NCBI GenBank assembly: GCA_965205485.1
Contig: OZ242180.1
Span: forward strand, 512,001 to 576,000
DNA from: Candidatus Latescibacterota bacterium
Lineage (GTDB): Bacteria; Latescibacterota; UBA2968; GCA-2709665
Reading direction: 5' to 3'
Length of the DNA stretch: 64,000 nt
Shown in pieces: positions 35,527 to 46,022 of the stretch (the first letter of the stretch is position 1; each line of letters starts with the position of its first letter). The position numbers were made by a program, and so were the translations under genes. The notes beneath the pieces were generated by a model. The model was given only the letters and a program-made list of their open reading frames with translations, had not been told where the DNA came from and did no database searches.

Positions 35527-37659
35527 CTAGGCGCCCGGCTTCTTCGAGACCTGAAGGTACCTTGTAATCAACTTTTCGTAAATGCCGACGAAATCCGATC
35601 GACCGTTGTGCAGATTATAGAAATAACACATCGGGTTTGGATTGATTTCGATCACGTGGAATCCCGCTGACGACCGAATCACATCGATTGCAAAGAAACC
35701 CAGCTCGATCACGGCCGATACGCTCGCCGTCAACCGCGACAGCGCCTCGATCAGTTCAGGCGCATCCTCCGGCCTTGCAAATCCGGTCGGCCGGTGCAGC
35801 GGATTCAACTCGCTGCACGGCGCTTCGCAGACTTTCTCGTAGGCCAGCAGCAATTCATCCCGGGCGGCGACGATCCGATACTCCGGCCCGCTGACGTGCT
35901 CCTGAACCAGCACCAAGTTATCCAGGAATCCGCTGTTTTCGAACAACGTCCGCAGACGTCTCTTCAGGTCGCTCCGCTCTCTCTCCAGGAATACGCCCTG
36001 GGCAAGCGACCCCGTGTTCCGCTTGACAACGACGGGAAAGGTAAACCGGCGCTCAACGTCCTCAACCACCGCATCGACGGACGCATGGGTGCGGTAACGC
36101 GAGAACCGTTCGTCCGAAAATGGATTGAAGGCCACCATGGTTTCAGGAACCGGAAGCCCGGCCCGCGTAAACAACTCGTACTGGTATGCCTTGTCCTCCG
36201 CCAGGCGGGCCGCCACGTAGTCGTTGAACGGATGCCTGTTGCGCAGAAAGTAGACCGGCCCGCGTCCTGGCGGCCGGATACGGAACAGATTTCCGTCATC
36301 CGATGCCGCTTCAATCCGAAGGTCCAGGTTTGCGCAGGCTTTCGCGAGGCACGCGAGACTCTCCTTGTGCAGATCTTCCCCGAACCCGTCCCGATCGCAT
36401 GGCAGCCCCAATGCTTCCCGCGCCCTGCCAATGAGATGCAGCGATCCCATGATACAGACGGGATTGTCCTCCCGCAACCCTGCGCGTCCGAGCGCCTCCA
36501 CGACGTCCTGCGCGCAACAGGCGGAAAGCCCCGCGGGAAGGCTCTGCCGCAACACGTCGACAGCGAGGGCTTTCGGGTGGTCGGATCTCGTCAAGACCAC
36601 TTTTTTTGCCAGCGGCCGGATCGCCACGAGTATCCCCGCGGCGTCGTGACCCGCGCTCACCCCCACGACGAACGTCCACTGCTTCGACAACCTGACCAGA
36701 TCGCCCGCGAGGGCCGCGGCGCCGGAAGGGTTGTGTGCACCATCCAGCACGACCAGTGGCGATCGCCGGGCCACCTCGAACCTGCCCGGCAGATCGAGAG
36801 CGGTCAGGGCATCGCTGATCCGGGCATCCGTAAGGTCCTTTCCCATAAGATGGCGCCCGACCGCGATCGCCAGCCGGGCGTTCTTCCGGAATACGGACCC
36901 GCGGTCCGATACCTCCTGATGTGGGGATTGCGACCATGTGCGGCAACAATCGCCGTCCGTTTCGCCGCCGACAATGCGCAGATCCACGCTCCGTTCACGG
37001 CACTCGCGACGCAACAACGCGAGCACTTCAGGTTTCTGTGTGACAGGTGTGAAGAGCGGTCTGCCGGCACGGGCGATTTCGAGCTTGTCCAGCGCGATCG
37101 CCTCCACCGTATCGCCCAATACTTCGGTATGATCGAGATCGATCGACGTGAGGACGGACACACCGGCATCCCAGGCGTTGGTTGCGTCCAACCTGCCGCC
37201 CAGCCCAACCTCGAATACGCCGAATTCGACGCCGGCATGCGCGAATGCGGATGCCGCCAGCGCCGTCAACGCCTCGAACCGGGTGTAGGAACCGTATCCC
37301 TCCCGTTCGAATCCGCGCGTACGATCGTAAAGGTCTGAGACCCTCTGCGCCCATTCGTCCTTGTCCAGAATCCGGCCGTCGATCCGGATGCGTTCGCGGA
37401 TCGTGTGCAGGTGCGGTGACGAGTAGATACCGGTCCGGCGGCCGCATGCCTGCAGCAGGGCGGCCAGGACGCTCGCCACCGTACCCTTGCCGTTCGTACC
37501 GCCCACGATGACCGACGCAAAGTCCTTCTGTGGGTTTCCCATCCGGCGCAACAGAACCCGCATCCGGGGCAGATAGTCCTCCGGCGAACCCGCCGCCGTC
37601 CCGTCCCGTTCCCAATCCTGCAGCGTATTCAGATAGCGTTTGGCGCGAAAGTAATCCAT
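35527..37659 (-). CDS. folC: FolC-like folylpolyglutamate synthase (Mur ligase fold) fused to a C-terminal ATP-grasp domain
   Basis: GTNGKGT, YSSPHL..RERI, EVGLGGRLDATN, LDH..LG, PGRFE, LDGAHNP; then EDK..AGLPVP, PVVVK..GS..QGV, VQEHV..EYR, AIDV, IEINPNP. Likely start MDYFRAK. Confidence 0.8.
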   Translation of the reverse strand: MDYFRAKRYLNTLQDWERDGTAAGSPEDYLPRMRVLLRRMGNPQKDFASVIVGGTNGKGTVASVLAALLQACGRRTGIYSSPHLHTIRERIRIDGRILDKDEWAQRVSDLYDRTRGFEREGYGSYTRFEALTALAASAFAHAGVEFGVFEVGLGGRLDATNAWDAGVSVLTSIDLDHTEVLGDTVEAIALDKLEIARAGRPLFTPVTQKPEVLALLRRECRERSVDLRIVGGETDGDCCRTWSQSPHQEVSDRGSVFRKNARLAIAVGRHLMGKDLTDARISDALTALDLPGRFEVARRSPLVVLDGAHNPSGAAALAGDLVRLSKQWTFVVGVSAGHDAAGILVAIRPLAKKVVLTRSDHPKALAVDVLRQSLPAGLSACCAQDVVEALGRAGLREDNPVCIMGSLHLIGRAREALGLPCDRDGFGEDLHKESLACLAKACANLDLRIEAASDDGNLFRIRPPGRGPVYFLRNRHPFNDYVAARLAEDKAYQYELFTRAGLPVPETMVAFNPFSDERFSRYRTHASVDAVVEDVERRFTFPVVVKRNTGSLAQGVFLERERSDLKRRLRTLFENSGFLDNLVLVQEHVSGPEYRIVAARDELLLAYEKVCEAPCSELNPLHRPTGFARPEDAPELIEALSRLTASVSAVIELGFFAIDVIRSSAGFHVIEINPNPMCYFYNLHNGRSDFVGIYEKLITRYLQVSKKPGA

Positions 37660-37748
37660 CCAGACAGAGTCCCCGTCCGTAACGTCAGGTCCGATTTCGG
37701 CACCTTGCATGCGGGGTTGGCGCGAGGAGGCCGACCCGCCGGTAACAT

Positions 37749-37784
37749 AAAAAAAACCCACCTGGAAACAAAAGGTGAGTTTTT
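37749..37784 (-). terminator. Terminator downstream of rpmB
   Basis: Minus strand actcacct-loop-aggtgggt followed by a T-run. Confidence 0.65.
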
Positions 37785-37865
37785 CCGGTCCTGCATCCCC
37801 GTTCGGCGCCTCCCCGACGCATTGCAGGGAATCCACGGGGGACGTCTGACGACGTCGGCTGTTCC

Positions 37866-38057
37866 TTACGCGGCCTTGTTTACTCGGCCGAGCTTGATGC
37901 ACTTCGTGCAGACCTTGATCCTTCTGACCGTACCGTCCACCAGCACACGCACACGCCTGAGATTCGGATTGAACCTCCGCTTCTTTTTATTGTTGGCGTG
38001 ACTGACGTGGTTGCCGACCATCGGGCCCTTTCCGCAAATGTCACATCTGGCAGCCAT
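37866..38057 (-). CDS. rpmB: 50S ribosomal protein L28 (two CxxC, Zn-binding type)
   Basis: [49 protein letters not shown] region. Confidence 0.97.
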   Translation of the reverse strand: MAARCDICGKGPMVGNHVSHANNKKKRRFNPNLRRVRVLVDGTVRRIKVCTKCIKLGRVNKAA

Positions 38058-38191
38058 CTCCAGTACCTCCGGAATTCCTTTATTGTATTCGCTCTGTCAT
38101 CTTGAAGTTGAAACCGATTCGCGCCCGCATCCCCCTGCGCCGTCCGAAAAACGACGAGACGCCCCGGTGGCGCGCTGCATCCAACACAACA

Positions 38192-38219
38192 AATATACCT
38201 GTCAGACGTCACTTGTCAA
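38192..38219 (-). promoter_or_regulatory. Sigma70-like promoter of rpmB (TTGACA-16-TATATT)
   Basis: Near-consensus hexamers ~135 bp upstream of rpmB. Confidence 0.65.
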
Positions 38220-38350
38220 GAAAGAACACTGATCCGGATCCCTTCCAGCGACTCGGAATCCCTGCCGGGAGCACCGACCATTCCACGCGTGCGGGCGGAC
38301 ATTTCGCGGGTTGCGTCTTGCTCCCGGCGCCCGGAGTACCTGGAGGCCGG

Positions 38351-39577
38351 TCACCGTGGATGCCGATCGGATGTACGGAATCGAATGAACCAGAGGTCGA
38401 CTTCCGGAAGCGTTCCGCTGCTGAAAACCGCGCATGGCTCGTCGGGTATCAGGCTTCCGCTGGCAGTTGTGATTCCATAGAGGAAGAAAGTATTCCTCAG
38501 TCCGTAATCCTCGAAGCCCTTCAGGACCACCGCGGACCAGCTTCGGCCGTCATCTTCGCCGCGGTACAGCCGGAGCGCGTTTCCTGCGGTGCTGGGCATC
38601 AACATACGTCCTCGCTCGTGCGGACTTTCGAAGGTCGCGGCGATTCCCGCGCTTCCGGTGAATACGGCCCTCCACCGGCGCAGATCGGGATCCCGCCGAT
38701 AGACGATCAGCCGGTTCCTCCCGTCGCCGGCCCGGCGCGTGGCTGTGACAAGCAATGCGCCGTCGGCCGCCCGCAGGATCGACTGGGCGAACGCCAGGTT
38801 CTGCCTGATGGGGTTGGCGTCAGCGACCACCTCCGTGACGGCTGACGCCGGGTCTCCATAGGGCACATACAGATAGTTGATCCGGTTGTAATACGGACTG
38901 AGATATGCGTTGTTACTAACGACGAGGTGAAAACCCTCGCCGTCCGGGACGATCAATGGATACAGCCACGTCGTCCACGGTTCCTTCGACCGCTGCTCCC
39001 GCGCCAGGACGAACGGCCCGGACCATGAACCGGAATCCAGGTCGATCCAGGCGACCTGAAAGGAATAGGACCCGGGTCTCCCGATATATCCGAGTACGAG
39101 CCGATCGCCATCCATGGCCGCACCGATATAACCGGCGCGATCCAGTCCGTCCGGCAGCGCGATCGGGGCGAATCCGCGCGGATCGCCGCGAAGGCGCTGA
39201 TGCAGAATCCGGGGGCCGGCGTCGCGACGTGCGTGGATGAGTACGAGACGCCGTCTTGAGTCCAGCAACACCATACCCGGCTGATGGTGGAGGCCCTCCC
39301 ATTCAAGGAAGGTCTCCCAGCCGTCTTCCGTACTCCGGTAGACGATCCCCCGGGCGACATCCTGTTGCCGGCCCCATCTACCCAGCGTATAAAAGTGATC
39401 CCCGTCGAACACCAGCTTCGGCGCGTTATAACCCCAATAGGGGCTGACCGATGCTTCTCCACTGTCGATGTGGTTCAGCTCGAAGTCCATTTCCGCCTCC
39501 TGCGCGGCCAGAGGCAGGACGCCTGCCAGAAGTACGAACCAGCCGCGGGAGATCCACTGAGTAATCAGATGTATCAT
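38351..39577 (-). CDS. Secreted hypothetical protein, probable beta-propeller (BNR/sialidase-like fold)
   Basis: Signal-like WFVLLAGVLPLAAQE; beta-rich with SGSWSGP and EDDGRSWS Asp-box-like motifs. Confidence 0.6.
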   Translation of the reverse strand: MIHLITQWISRGWFVLLAGVLPLAAQEAEMDFELNHIDSGEASVSPYWGYNAPKLVFDGDHFYTLGRWGRQQDVARGIVYRSTEDGWETFLEWEGLHHQPGMVLLDSRRRLVLIHARRDAGPRILHQRLRGDPRGFAPIALPDGLDRAGYIGAAMDGDRLVLGYIGRPGSYSFQVAWIDLDSGSWSGPFVLAREQRSKEPWTTWLYPLIVPDGEGFHLVVSNNAYLSPYYNRINYLYVPYGDPASAVTEVVADANPIRQNLAFAQSILRAADGALLVTATRRAGDGRNRLIVYRRDPDLRRWRAVFTGSAGIAATFESPHERGRMLMPSTAGNALRLYRGEDDGRSWSAVVLKGFEDYGLRNTFFLYGITTASGSLIPDEPCAVFSSGTLPEVDLWFIRFRTSDRHPR

Positions 39578-39714
39578 ACGCACTTCGAGGATCTGCAACC
39601 ATCTTCCGCTTGACAAAATCCGGCGCATCGACCATTTTTTTCCGTGAGCCCTGCGACGAAATCGTTCAGAAGCGATGGCGTCCGCCCGCCACCCGTCGTG
39701 ACCGGGAGTTCCTA

Positions 39715-41058
39715 ATGCCCTCGGTAAACCTCATAACGCTCGGATGTCCGAAGAATACGGTCGACTCGGAACGTATGCATCGTCTACTGGAATGCAACGA
39801 TTACGTGGTGGCCGAAGAACCCGATAACGCGGACATCATCGTCGTGAACACGTGCGGCTTCATCGAACCGGCCAAGGAGGAGTCCATCGCCACGGCGCTC
39901 GAAGCCGTTGACTACAAGGAGACCGGCAACTGCAAGGGTCTGATTCTCACCGGATGTCTGGCCGAACGCTATCGCGACGAACTCGAAGAGGAAATCCCCG
40001 AGGCCGACCTCGTCGTCGGGCTGGCCGGCGAACGCGAGATCGTCTCCCACTGCGACCGGCTGCTGGGAATCTCGCGTCCCCGGGTCTACCGTGACGAGGG
40101 CGCCCGTCACCTGCTCACCCCCGGTCACTGGGCCTACCTGCGCATCTCCGACGGCTGCGACCGGACCTGCGCCTTCTGCGCCATTCCCGGCATACGGGGC
40201 GCCAACCGCAGCGAGTCCATCGAGGTTCTGGTCGCCGAAGCATGGCGCATGGCCGCCGGCGGCGTGAAGGAGATCGCCCTGATCGCCCAGGATACGATGC
40301 GCTACGGCGCCGACCTCTACGGCCGTCCGCGGCTGGTCGACCTCCTGCGCGAACTCGTGCGCATCGACGGCCTCGAATGGATCCGCCTGCTCTACGCGTA
40401 CCCAACCGGCTGGCGGGACGACCTGATCGACCTCCTGGCGCGGGAGGAAAAGCTGTGCGCGTACGTGGATATGCCCATCCAGCATGCTTCCAATACAATG
40501 CTCAAAGCGATGAATCGCGGCGCCACGGTGGAGAACACGCGCGCGTTAATACAAAAACTCCGGGACCGGGTGCCCGGCCTGACGCTGCGCTCCTCCGTAA
40601 TCGCGGGTTTTCCCGGCGAACGTGAGGAACACGTACGGGAACTTCTGGAGTTCATCGAGGAGATCCGCTTCAACCGGCTGGTCGGCTTCCTGTACTCGCA
40701 CGAGGAAGGCACTCGCGCGGGTCTCCTCGAGGACGACGTGCCGGAGGTCGAAAAACGGGACCGGCTGGATCGTATCCTCAGCCTCCAGGCCGTAATCTCC
40801 TCCGAAATCACCTCCGGATACGTTGGCCGGAGTCTCCGCGTGCTGATTGACCGTCCCGCCGACGATCCTTCCAGCGACTATGTCGGTCGAACGCGAATGG
40901 ATGCTCCGGAGATCGATGGCGAAGTATTCGTTTCAGGCGAAGCGAAAATCGGCGAATTCACCGACGTCGAAATAACCGAAGCGCTCGATCACGACCTCAT
41001 CGGACGGTCGACGGCCGCCCCGCGCCTGCTGGATATCGCCGCGCCGGGGGCCCCATGA
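39715..41058 (+). CDS. rimO: Ribosomal protein S12 methylthiotransferase RimO
   Basis: TLGCPKNTVDSE, NTCGFI, CDRTCAFC radical-SAM motif, AQDT..YG.D, DAPEIDG TRAM domain. Confidence 0.95.
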   Translation: MPSVNLITLGCPKNTVDSERMHRLLECNDYVVAEEPDNADIIVVNTCGFIEPAKEESIATALEAVDYKETGNCKGLILTGCLAERYRDELEEEIPEADLVVGLAGEREIVSHCDRLLGISRPRVYRDEGARHLLTPGHWAYLRISDGCDRTCAFCAIPGIRGANRSESIEVLVAEAWRMAAGGVKEIALIAQDTMRYGADLYGRPRLVDLLRELVRIDGLEWIRLLYAYPTGWRDDLIDLLAREEKLCAYVDMPIQHASNTMLKAMNRGATVENTRALIQKLRDRVPGLTLRSSVIAGFPGEREEHVRELLEFIEEIRFNRLVGFLYSHEEGTRAGLLEDDVPEVEKRDRLDRILSLQAVISSEITSGYVGRSLRVLIDRPADDPSSDYVGRTRMDAPEIDGEVFVSGEAKIGEFTDVEITEALDHDLIGRSTAAPRLLDIAAPGAP

Positions 41059-41540
41059 CCGTCATCGCCGCCATGGCCGACAATCGGGTAATCGGTAAAG
41101 ACAATGCGATGCCATGGCACGTCTCCGAGGAACTCCGGTGTTTCAAGCAGATCACAACCGGCGGCGTTCTCATCATGGGCCGCAGAACCTTTGAATCCAT
41201 CGGATGCAGGCCCCTGCCGAAACGTCCACACGTCATCGTCAGCCGTTCATTCCCGGAAACCGCCGGCATCGACGTCTGCCGCACTTTCGAAGCGGCGCTC
41301 GAAAAAGCCAGGTCCTACGGGAAGCCTGTGTTCAGCGCGGGCGGCGCCGAGATATACCGGCAGTCCATTCCCCTCGCGAATCGAATGTATCTCTCCCGGA
41401 TCAGGGGCGACTACGACGGCGACACCTGCTTCCCTGAATTCGACGAGAGCGAATGGCGACTGGCAAAGGAAGAAAAACGCGCCGAATTCACCCTGTGCGT
41501 CTACGAAAGGCGGACAGAAGCGGGGAGAGGGGAGACGTAA
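41055..41540 (+). CDS. folA: Dihydrofolate reductase
   Basis: IAAMADNRVIG..MPW, IMGRRTFESIG, PLPKR, GGAEIY, GDTCFP; ATGA overlap with rimO. Confidence 0.95.
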   Translation: MTVIAAMADNRVIGKDNAMPWHVSEELRCFKQITTGGVLIMGRRTFESIGCRPLPKRPHVIVSRSFPETAGIDVCRTFEAALEKARSYGKPVFSAGGAEIYRQSIPLANRMYLSRIRGDYDGDTCFPEFDESEWRLAKEEKRAEFTLCVYERRTEAGRGET

Positions 41541-41699
41541 GAGGGGAGAGATTGCCTGCCCTGTGAGGTTTCTTCTCTTGCCGAAGGCAAGCTGGAACAA
41601 AATATCAGGCAAGGATTTCTTCTCCCGGCTACCCTCTTCCGTCTAACCGTCTTCCGGCAACGCCTGACAGCCGAAGGCTTTTCCGGCAGGAATAATATA

Positions 41700-42536
41700 A
41701 TGAGACAGTATCTCGATCAGCTACGATATATTCTGGACCACGGCGTCAGAAAAGAGGACCGGACCGGCGTCGGCACGATCTCCTGTTTCGGCCTGCATGC
41801 TCGGTACGATATGGGAGACGGATTTCCCGCCGTCACCACGAAAAAGCTCGTGTGGAAATCCATGCTCTCCGAACTCCTCTGGTTCATCTCGGGATCCGAC
41901 AACATCAATGACCTCAAGAAAATCTATCCCTACAACAAGCTCTGGGACGGCAACTACCAGGACTACCTCAAGAGAATCGGCCAGGGTGACAACAGCGGCT
42001 CGATGGGGCGCATCTACGGCGTACAGTGGCGGGATTGGCGAGGAGCGGAGCGGAACGTGGACCAGTTGACCGAAGCGATCGACCTGATCCGCAGCAGTCC
42101 CGATTCAAGACGCATGATCGTGAACGCCTGGAATGCCGCCGAAGTCGCTCCCGGGGACGTTGCCCTTCCACCCTGCCACTCCTTCTTCCAGTTCTACGTT
42201 GCCGAAGGCAGACTTTCCCTGCTGATGTACCAGCGTTCGTGCGACATGTTTCTCGGCGTCCCGCTCAACATCGCCTCTTACTCACTCCTGCTGCACATGG
42301 TCGCCAGAATCACAGACCTGGAACCGGGTGAATTCATCCACACGCTGGCCGATGCCCACATCTATTTGAATCACCTGGACGCGGTCAGGGAGCAACTGTC
42401 ACGCGAACCGTTCCCGCTTCCGCGCATTCATATCGAGGACCGTGGCCAGAAGACCATAGACGAATTCGTCTACGACGACTTCCGGCTGATCGACTACCGC
42501 TGCCATGCCGCTGTCAGGGCCAGAATGGCGGTGTGA
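41700..42536 (+). CDS. thyA: Thymidylate synthase
   Basis: DRTGVGT, TTKK, ELLWF, YGVQWR, SRR, LPPCH, YQRSCD, DAHIY. Confidence 0.97.
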   Translation: MRQYLDQLRYILDHGVRKEDRTGVGTISCFGLHARYDMGDGFPAVTTKKLVWKSMLSELLWFISGSDNINDLKKIYPYNKLWDGNYQDYLKRIGQGDNSGSMGRIYGVQWRDWRGAERNVDQLTEAIDLIRSSPDSRRMIVNAWNAAEVAPGDVALPPCHSFFQFYVAEGRLSLLMYQRSCDMFLGVPLNIASYSLLLHMVARITDLEPGEFIHTLADAHIYLNHLDAVREQLSREPFPLPRIHIEDRGQKTIDEFVYDDFRLIDYRCHAAVRARMAV

Positions 42537-42596
42537 CCGCGAGGCTGGAGTCGATTTCAACCGAATCGCAGCTCCCCTTTGCCGAGGAAATTCGCC

Positions 42597-45500
42597 ATGC
42601 CAGAGCCCGCAATACCCTGGCGCCCCAGGGTAATCCTCCCGGGACGCAGCTTCCGCCTGCCCGTTCAGGCCCCCGACGACAACGTCACGCTGTCTGCCGA
42701 ACATTTCGAGACGATCGCCACGAGGTGGTCCGATCGGGACGCCGCGCTCTACCATTATCTGCGTTCTCCCGCACAGGCGGGGGAATACACTCTCGGCGCC
42801 ACACACGGCGGCGGCTCAGCGGAAACAACCATCCGCGTCAGCACCCTGGACGACCTGCGCCGGCCGCACACCTATAACGGCGCGTGGTGGCCACGCCGCT
42901 GGCCTTTGGAGAGCAATTACGAGCCGACAAAGACTCGGCAGACGCTGCAGGACGAACCCGTATCGGAACGTCTCGACGACAGGACCGTCGAGTGGTGGTC
43001 CTCCCAAACGGACGAGATCCTTTGGGCACAGCTCCCCGGCGCGGAACTGCCCAAGGCCCACTTCGCCAACTGCCACCAGGGTTGCCCCAACTGCGGGACG
43101 GCGATCTTCAAATACAGCGGTTTCTATCCCTGGGTGCGCAGCCACCTGCCGTGTGATTTCAAGTCCGAGTGTCCCAACTGCGGTTCGGTCTATCCGAGCA
43201 ATGACCTGGCGAACGAAGACTATCTGTCGGGCGAATATCCGGATGACGGATACGGCTTTTTCGACGCCGAAGGCCACATCTACCTCTTCGCCGCCACCTA
43301 TCACCGGGACCAATGCCGAAGCTGTAATTCCGGAATCGACACGATGACGAACGCCCTCCGCGCCGGCGGGTTCGACGAAGCGCGGGCGAGGCAACTCGGA
43401 CTGATATTGCTGCGTTATGCAGTAGAAGAGCTATACGTGGCCTCCGTGCCCCAGTTCCGATACGGTCCCTCGAAAGGCGTGGAAGAACCCTGGGACTGGG
43501 GCCAGCCGGACTGGGCGGACGAACATGACCCGGTCCAGGCGCTGCGGGCCAAGGGAAGCATCCGTTACAGCATCGATACCCCGTATCTGATCGAGAGCCT
43601 CGCGCTGGCCTACGATACGGTTTGGCCGTTGATGCGCGAAGATCGCGAACTCGTCGAGCGAGCGCAGTCCATGGGTCTTTCCGTGCAGACCCCGGAAGAC
43701 GTCTGTCAACTCACGGAAGAGATGCTGGCCGCCCTGCTTCAGGTCACGCTTGACCGGGGCGCGTCCAGCAACCTTCCGAGAGAAAGCCAGGGTGCGCTCA
43801 TCGTGCTGCGCTGCCTGGACCGACCCGATGCGCGGGACGTGATGGATTGGGTCTACGACGAGGGGCCGGACACGCTGCGGGTCTTCACCACCAACGACTT
43901 CTTCCCGGACGGCACGCCACAGGAGGCTACTGGAGGTTATAACGCCATCCACAGCGACGGTCTGTTCGACCTGGAGCACCACCTCCGCAAACTGCGCGGA
44001 TCGCAACCTGAGGCCTATCCCGAGTCCGACTTCCCCTCGCTATTCGAGGATCTACGCGCGGCGCACGTGCCCCGCGCGCTGCAGGAAATCACGATGTGCG
44101 GCAAGTCGTATTTCCAGTTCGGGGATGGGTCCGCGCCGGGTTCCGCGGGCTTCAAGGGAGAGGGAACGATCCGGCTGGAGGACGACCTCTTTAACCCGCC
44201 GATGGATCCGAGTCTTCTCACAAGAGCCGTTGAGTTCACGGACGATCCGCTGGTGCGGGAGATCCGGTCCGCTGCAGAGGACCGTCGGCACCGGGCCCTG
44301 GGCCCCACGGTCCACGACGGCGTCGGCATCGCGATTCTCAGAACGCACGAAGCGCCTGAACGGGCCGCGGCCGGCATCGTATACGGCGATACCCTCCACC
44401 ATCGCCACCGGGACCTTCTGGACGTGCAGTTGTACGCGTTCGAGCGTCCCTTTCTGACCGACCTGGGATATCCCCAGTCCTGGGCCAGCATGTCCCCCTG
44501 GGAGTCCCACTGGGCGACCCATAACACCGTCTGGTCCGACCTGCCTCCCGGTGAACCCGTCGCCGCCGGCCGGGGGCGCCTGGTGCGCAGCCTGTTTGTC
44601 GACGGACTGCAGGTCCTGGACGTCGAGGCGCACCGATGGTCGCACGAGGAGTCGCAAGGCTGGCGCAGGCTCGGCGTTTCCTTCCGCCGCCTCATCGCCC
44701 TTGTAGAGACCGACGGAGACGGCGTCGCCCTCATCGACCTCTCACGGATCACGGGAGGCGCGGAACACTGGCGCACCTGCCGCGGGCTCGAAGGCGTATT
44801 CCAGTCGGTCAACGCGGGACTTCAGCCGCAGACCGGCACCGTCGCCGGTCCCCGTATCGAACGCGCGCAGACGGACGACCTTCCTCACCCGGACCATACG
44901 GCTCTGGCGTACATGGACGATGTCAAGACGGCCCACGCGCCACCCGCGTTCAGCGGGACCTGGCGATCGCGAGCCGAACCCGCCGTCCGCCTGGATCTTC
45001 ATCAGGTCAACGTCTCCCCCGGTACCCGCCTCTTTACGGCCCGTGGGGCGCAGGCGATGGGGACACCGGATGAGTCCAATTACCTGTATTCTCCGGTCCT
45101 CTGGCGACGGACGCCGCAGGACGACACCACCTGCGTCGATCTCGTATTCGAGCCCCGAACCGGTGAAGCGTCCCTTGCGGAGGCCGTGGCCGTATCCACG
45201 GATGATCCCGTCGCCGCCGGCGTGAGGCTGACCACAGCGCAGGGCAGGCAGATCGGCCTCTACTGGTCGCCCGGTGCCGGTCCGGCCGACGTCACGCGCT
45301 TCGAAGACGGGGCGACTTTACACGGCGCCCTCGCGGCCGTGGTGGACGGGCAGGTATCTACCGTGGGCGCTTCCGCGTTCCACTCCTCGGCGACCTCGAT
45401 TGCAGTCGATCAGGCGCGGCAGACCGGCCGCATCGTCGCTCTCGACCGGGACGGGTACACGATCGACGTGGAAGGGCTCGAAGGAATCGCCGCCGGCGAC

Positions 45501-45914
45501 CGGGTTACCGTCAATCCCGACGAACGCGCCCACAGCTACCGCGTCGAAGCTGTCGAACCCGTTGGCGCCCCGATCCTTCGCCTGACGCTGGACGTCACCT
45601 CGCTGCTCGGCCGGGCGAACGTTGTCGCGGCCCAGGAGGGTAGAATCGACTTCGGCTTTCACATCCTCGCGAAATCGGGCAACCTCAACGGTACACGGAT
45701 TCAGACCGGCGCAAACGACGACTGGGCGGTGATATCCAACGCGAGCAACGAGCGTTCCTGGCCGCCCGGCCCCGTGCGCACCACGGTCCACATCGACCCC
45801 AACAGGGGCGACGGAGACCGGCTTCAGAATCTCGCGACCGGCGCCTGGGTTCAGATCGTGGACTACGTGGTTGGCGACACGGTCCTTTTCGAGCCGGTCG
45901 GGTCGAACGGATGA
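42597..45914 (+). CDS. Heparinase II/III-like polysaccharide lyase-fold protein with N-terminal CxxC pairs
   Basis: DGTPQEATGGY, FGDG, GIAILR, HRHRDLL..LTDLGYP..HNTV motifs; CPNCG twice; GAGGA RBS before ATG at 42597. Confidence 0.72.
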   Translation: MPEPAIPWRPRVILPGRSFRLPVQAPDDNVTLSAEHFETIATRWSDRDAALYHYLRSPAQAGEYTLGATHGGGSAETTIRVSTLDDLRRPHTYNGAWWPRRWPLESNYEPTKTRQTLQDEPVSERLDDRTVEWWSSQTDEILWAQLPGAELPKAHFANCHQGCPNCGTAIFKYSGFYPWVRSHLPCDFKSECPNCGSVYPSNDLANEDYLSGEYPDDGYGFFDAEGHIYLFAATYHRDQCRSCNSGIDTMTNALRAGGFDEARARQLGLILLRYAVEELYVASVPQFRYGPSKGVEEPWDWGQPDWADEHDPVQALRAKGSIRYSIDTPYLIESLALAYDTVWPLMREDRELVERAQSMGLSVQTPEDVCQLTEEMLAALLQVTLDRGASSNLPRESQGALIVLRCLDRPDARDVMDWVYDEGPDTLRVFTTNDFFPDGTPQEATGGYNAIHSDGLFDLEHHLRKLRGSQPEAYPESDFPSLFEDLRAAHVPRALQEITMCGKSYFQFGDGSAPGSAGFKGEGTIRLEDDLFNPPMDPSLLTRAVEFTDDPLVREIRSAAEDRRHRALGPTVHDGVGIAILRTHEAPERAAAGIVYGDTLHHRHRDLLDVQLYAFERPFLTDLGYPQSWASMSPWESHWATHNTVWSDLPPGEPVAAGRGRLVRSLFVDGLQVLDVEAHRWSHEESQGWRRLGVSFRRLIALVETDGDGVALIDLSRITGGAEHWRTCRGLEGVFQSVNAGLQPQTGTVAGPRIERAQTDDLPHPDHTALAYMDDVKTAHAPPAFSGTWRSRAEPAVRLDLHQVNVSPGTRLFTARGAQAMGTPDESNYLYSPVLWRRTPQDDTTCVDLVFEPRTGEASLAEAVAVSTDDPVAAGVRLTTAQGRQIGLYWSPGAGPADVTRFEDGATLHGALAAVVDGQVSTVGASAFHSSATSIAVDQARQTGRIVALDRDGYTIDVEGLEGIAAGDRVTVNPDERAHSYRVEAVEPVGAPILRLTLDVTSLLGRANVVAAQEGRIDFGFHILAKSGNLNGTRIQTGANDDWAVISNASNERSWPPGPVRTTVHIDPNRGDGDRLQNLATGAWVQIVDYVVGDTVLFEPVGSNG

Positions 45915-45963
45915 CCGGTACATGAGAGACGGCATAGACGATCAGTCCGAACGTCATCTTGAC

Positions 45964-45997
45964 AGGGTGGGGCGGACATTCCTGTCCGCCCCACCCT
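45964..45997. repeat. REP-like perfect hairpin
   Basis: agggtggggcggaca-ttcc-tgtccgccccaccct, 15-bp arms. Confidence 0.7.
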
Positions 45998-46022
45998 CAA
46001 TCCCGCAACCAAACGTGGTAAG

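Noticed and set aside
35527..37659. Cyanophycin synthetase
   Set aside because: Domain order is reversed, the CphA N-domain is missing and the Mur-ligase part has FolC-specific motifs.
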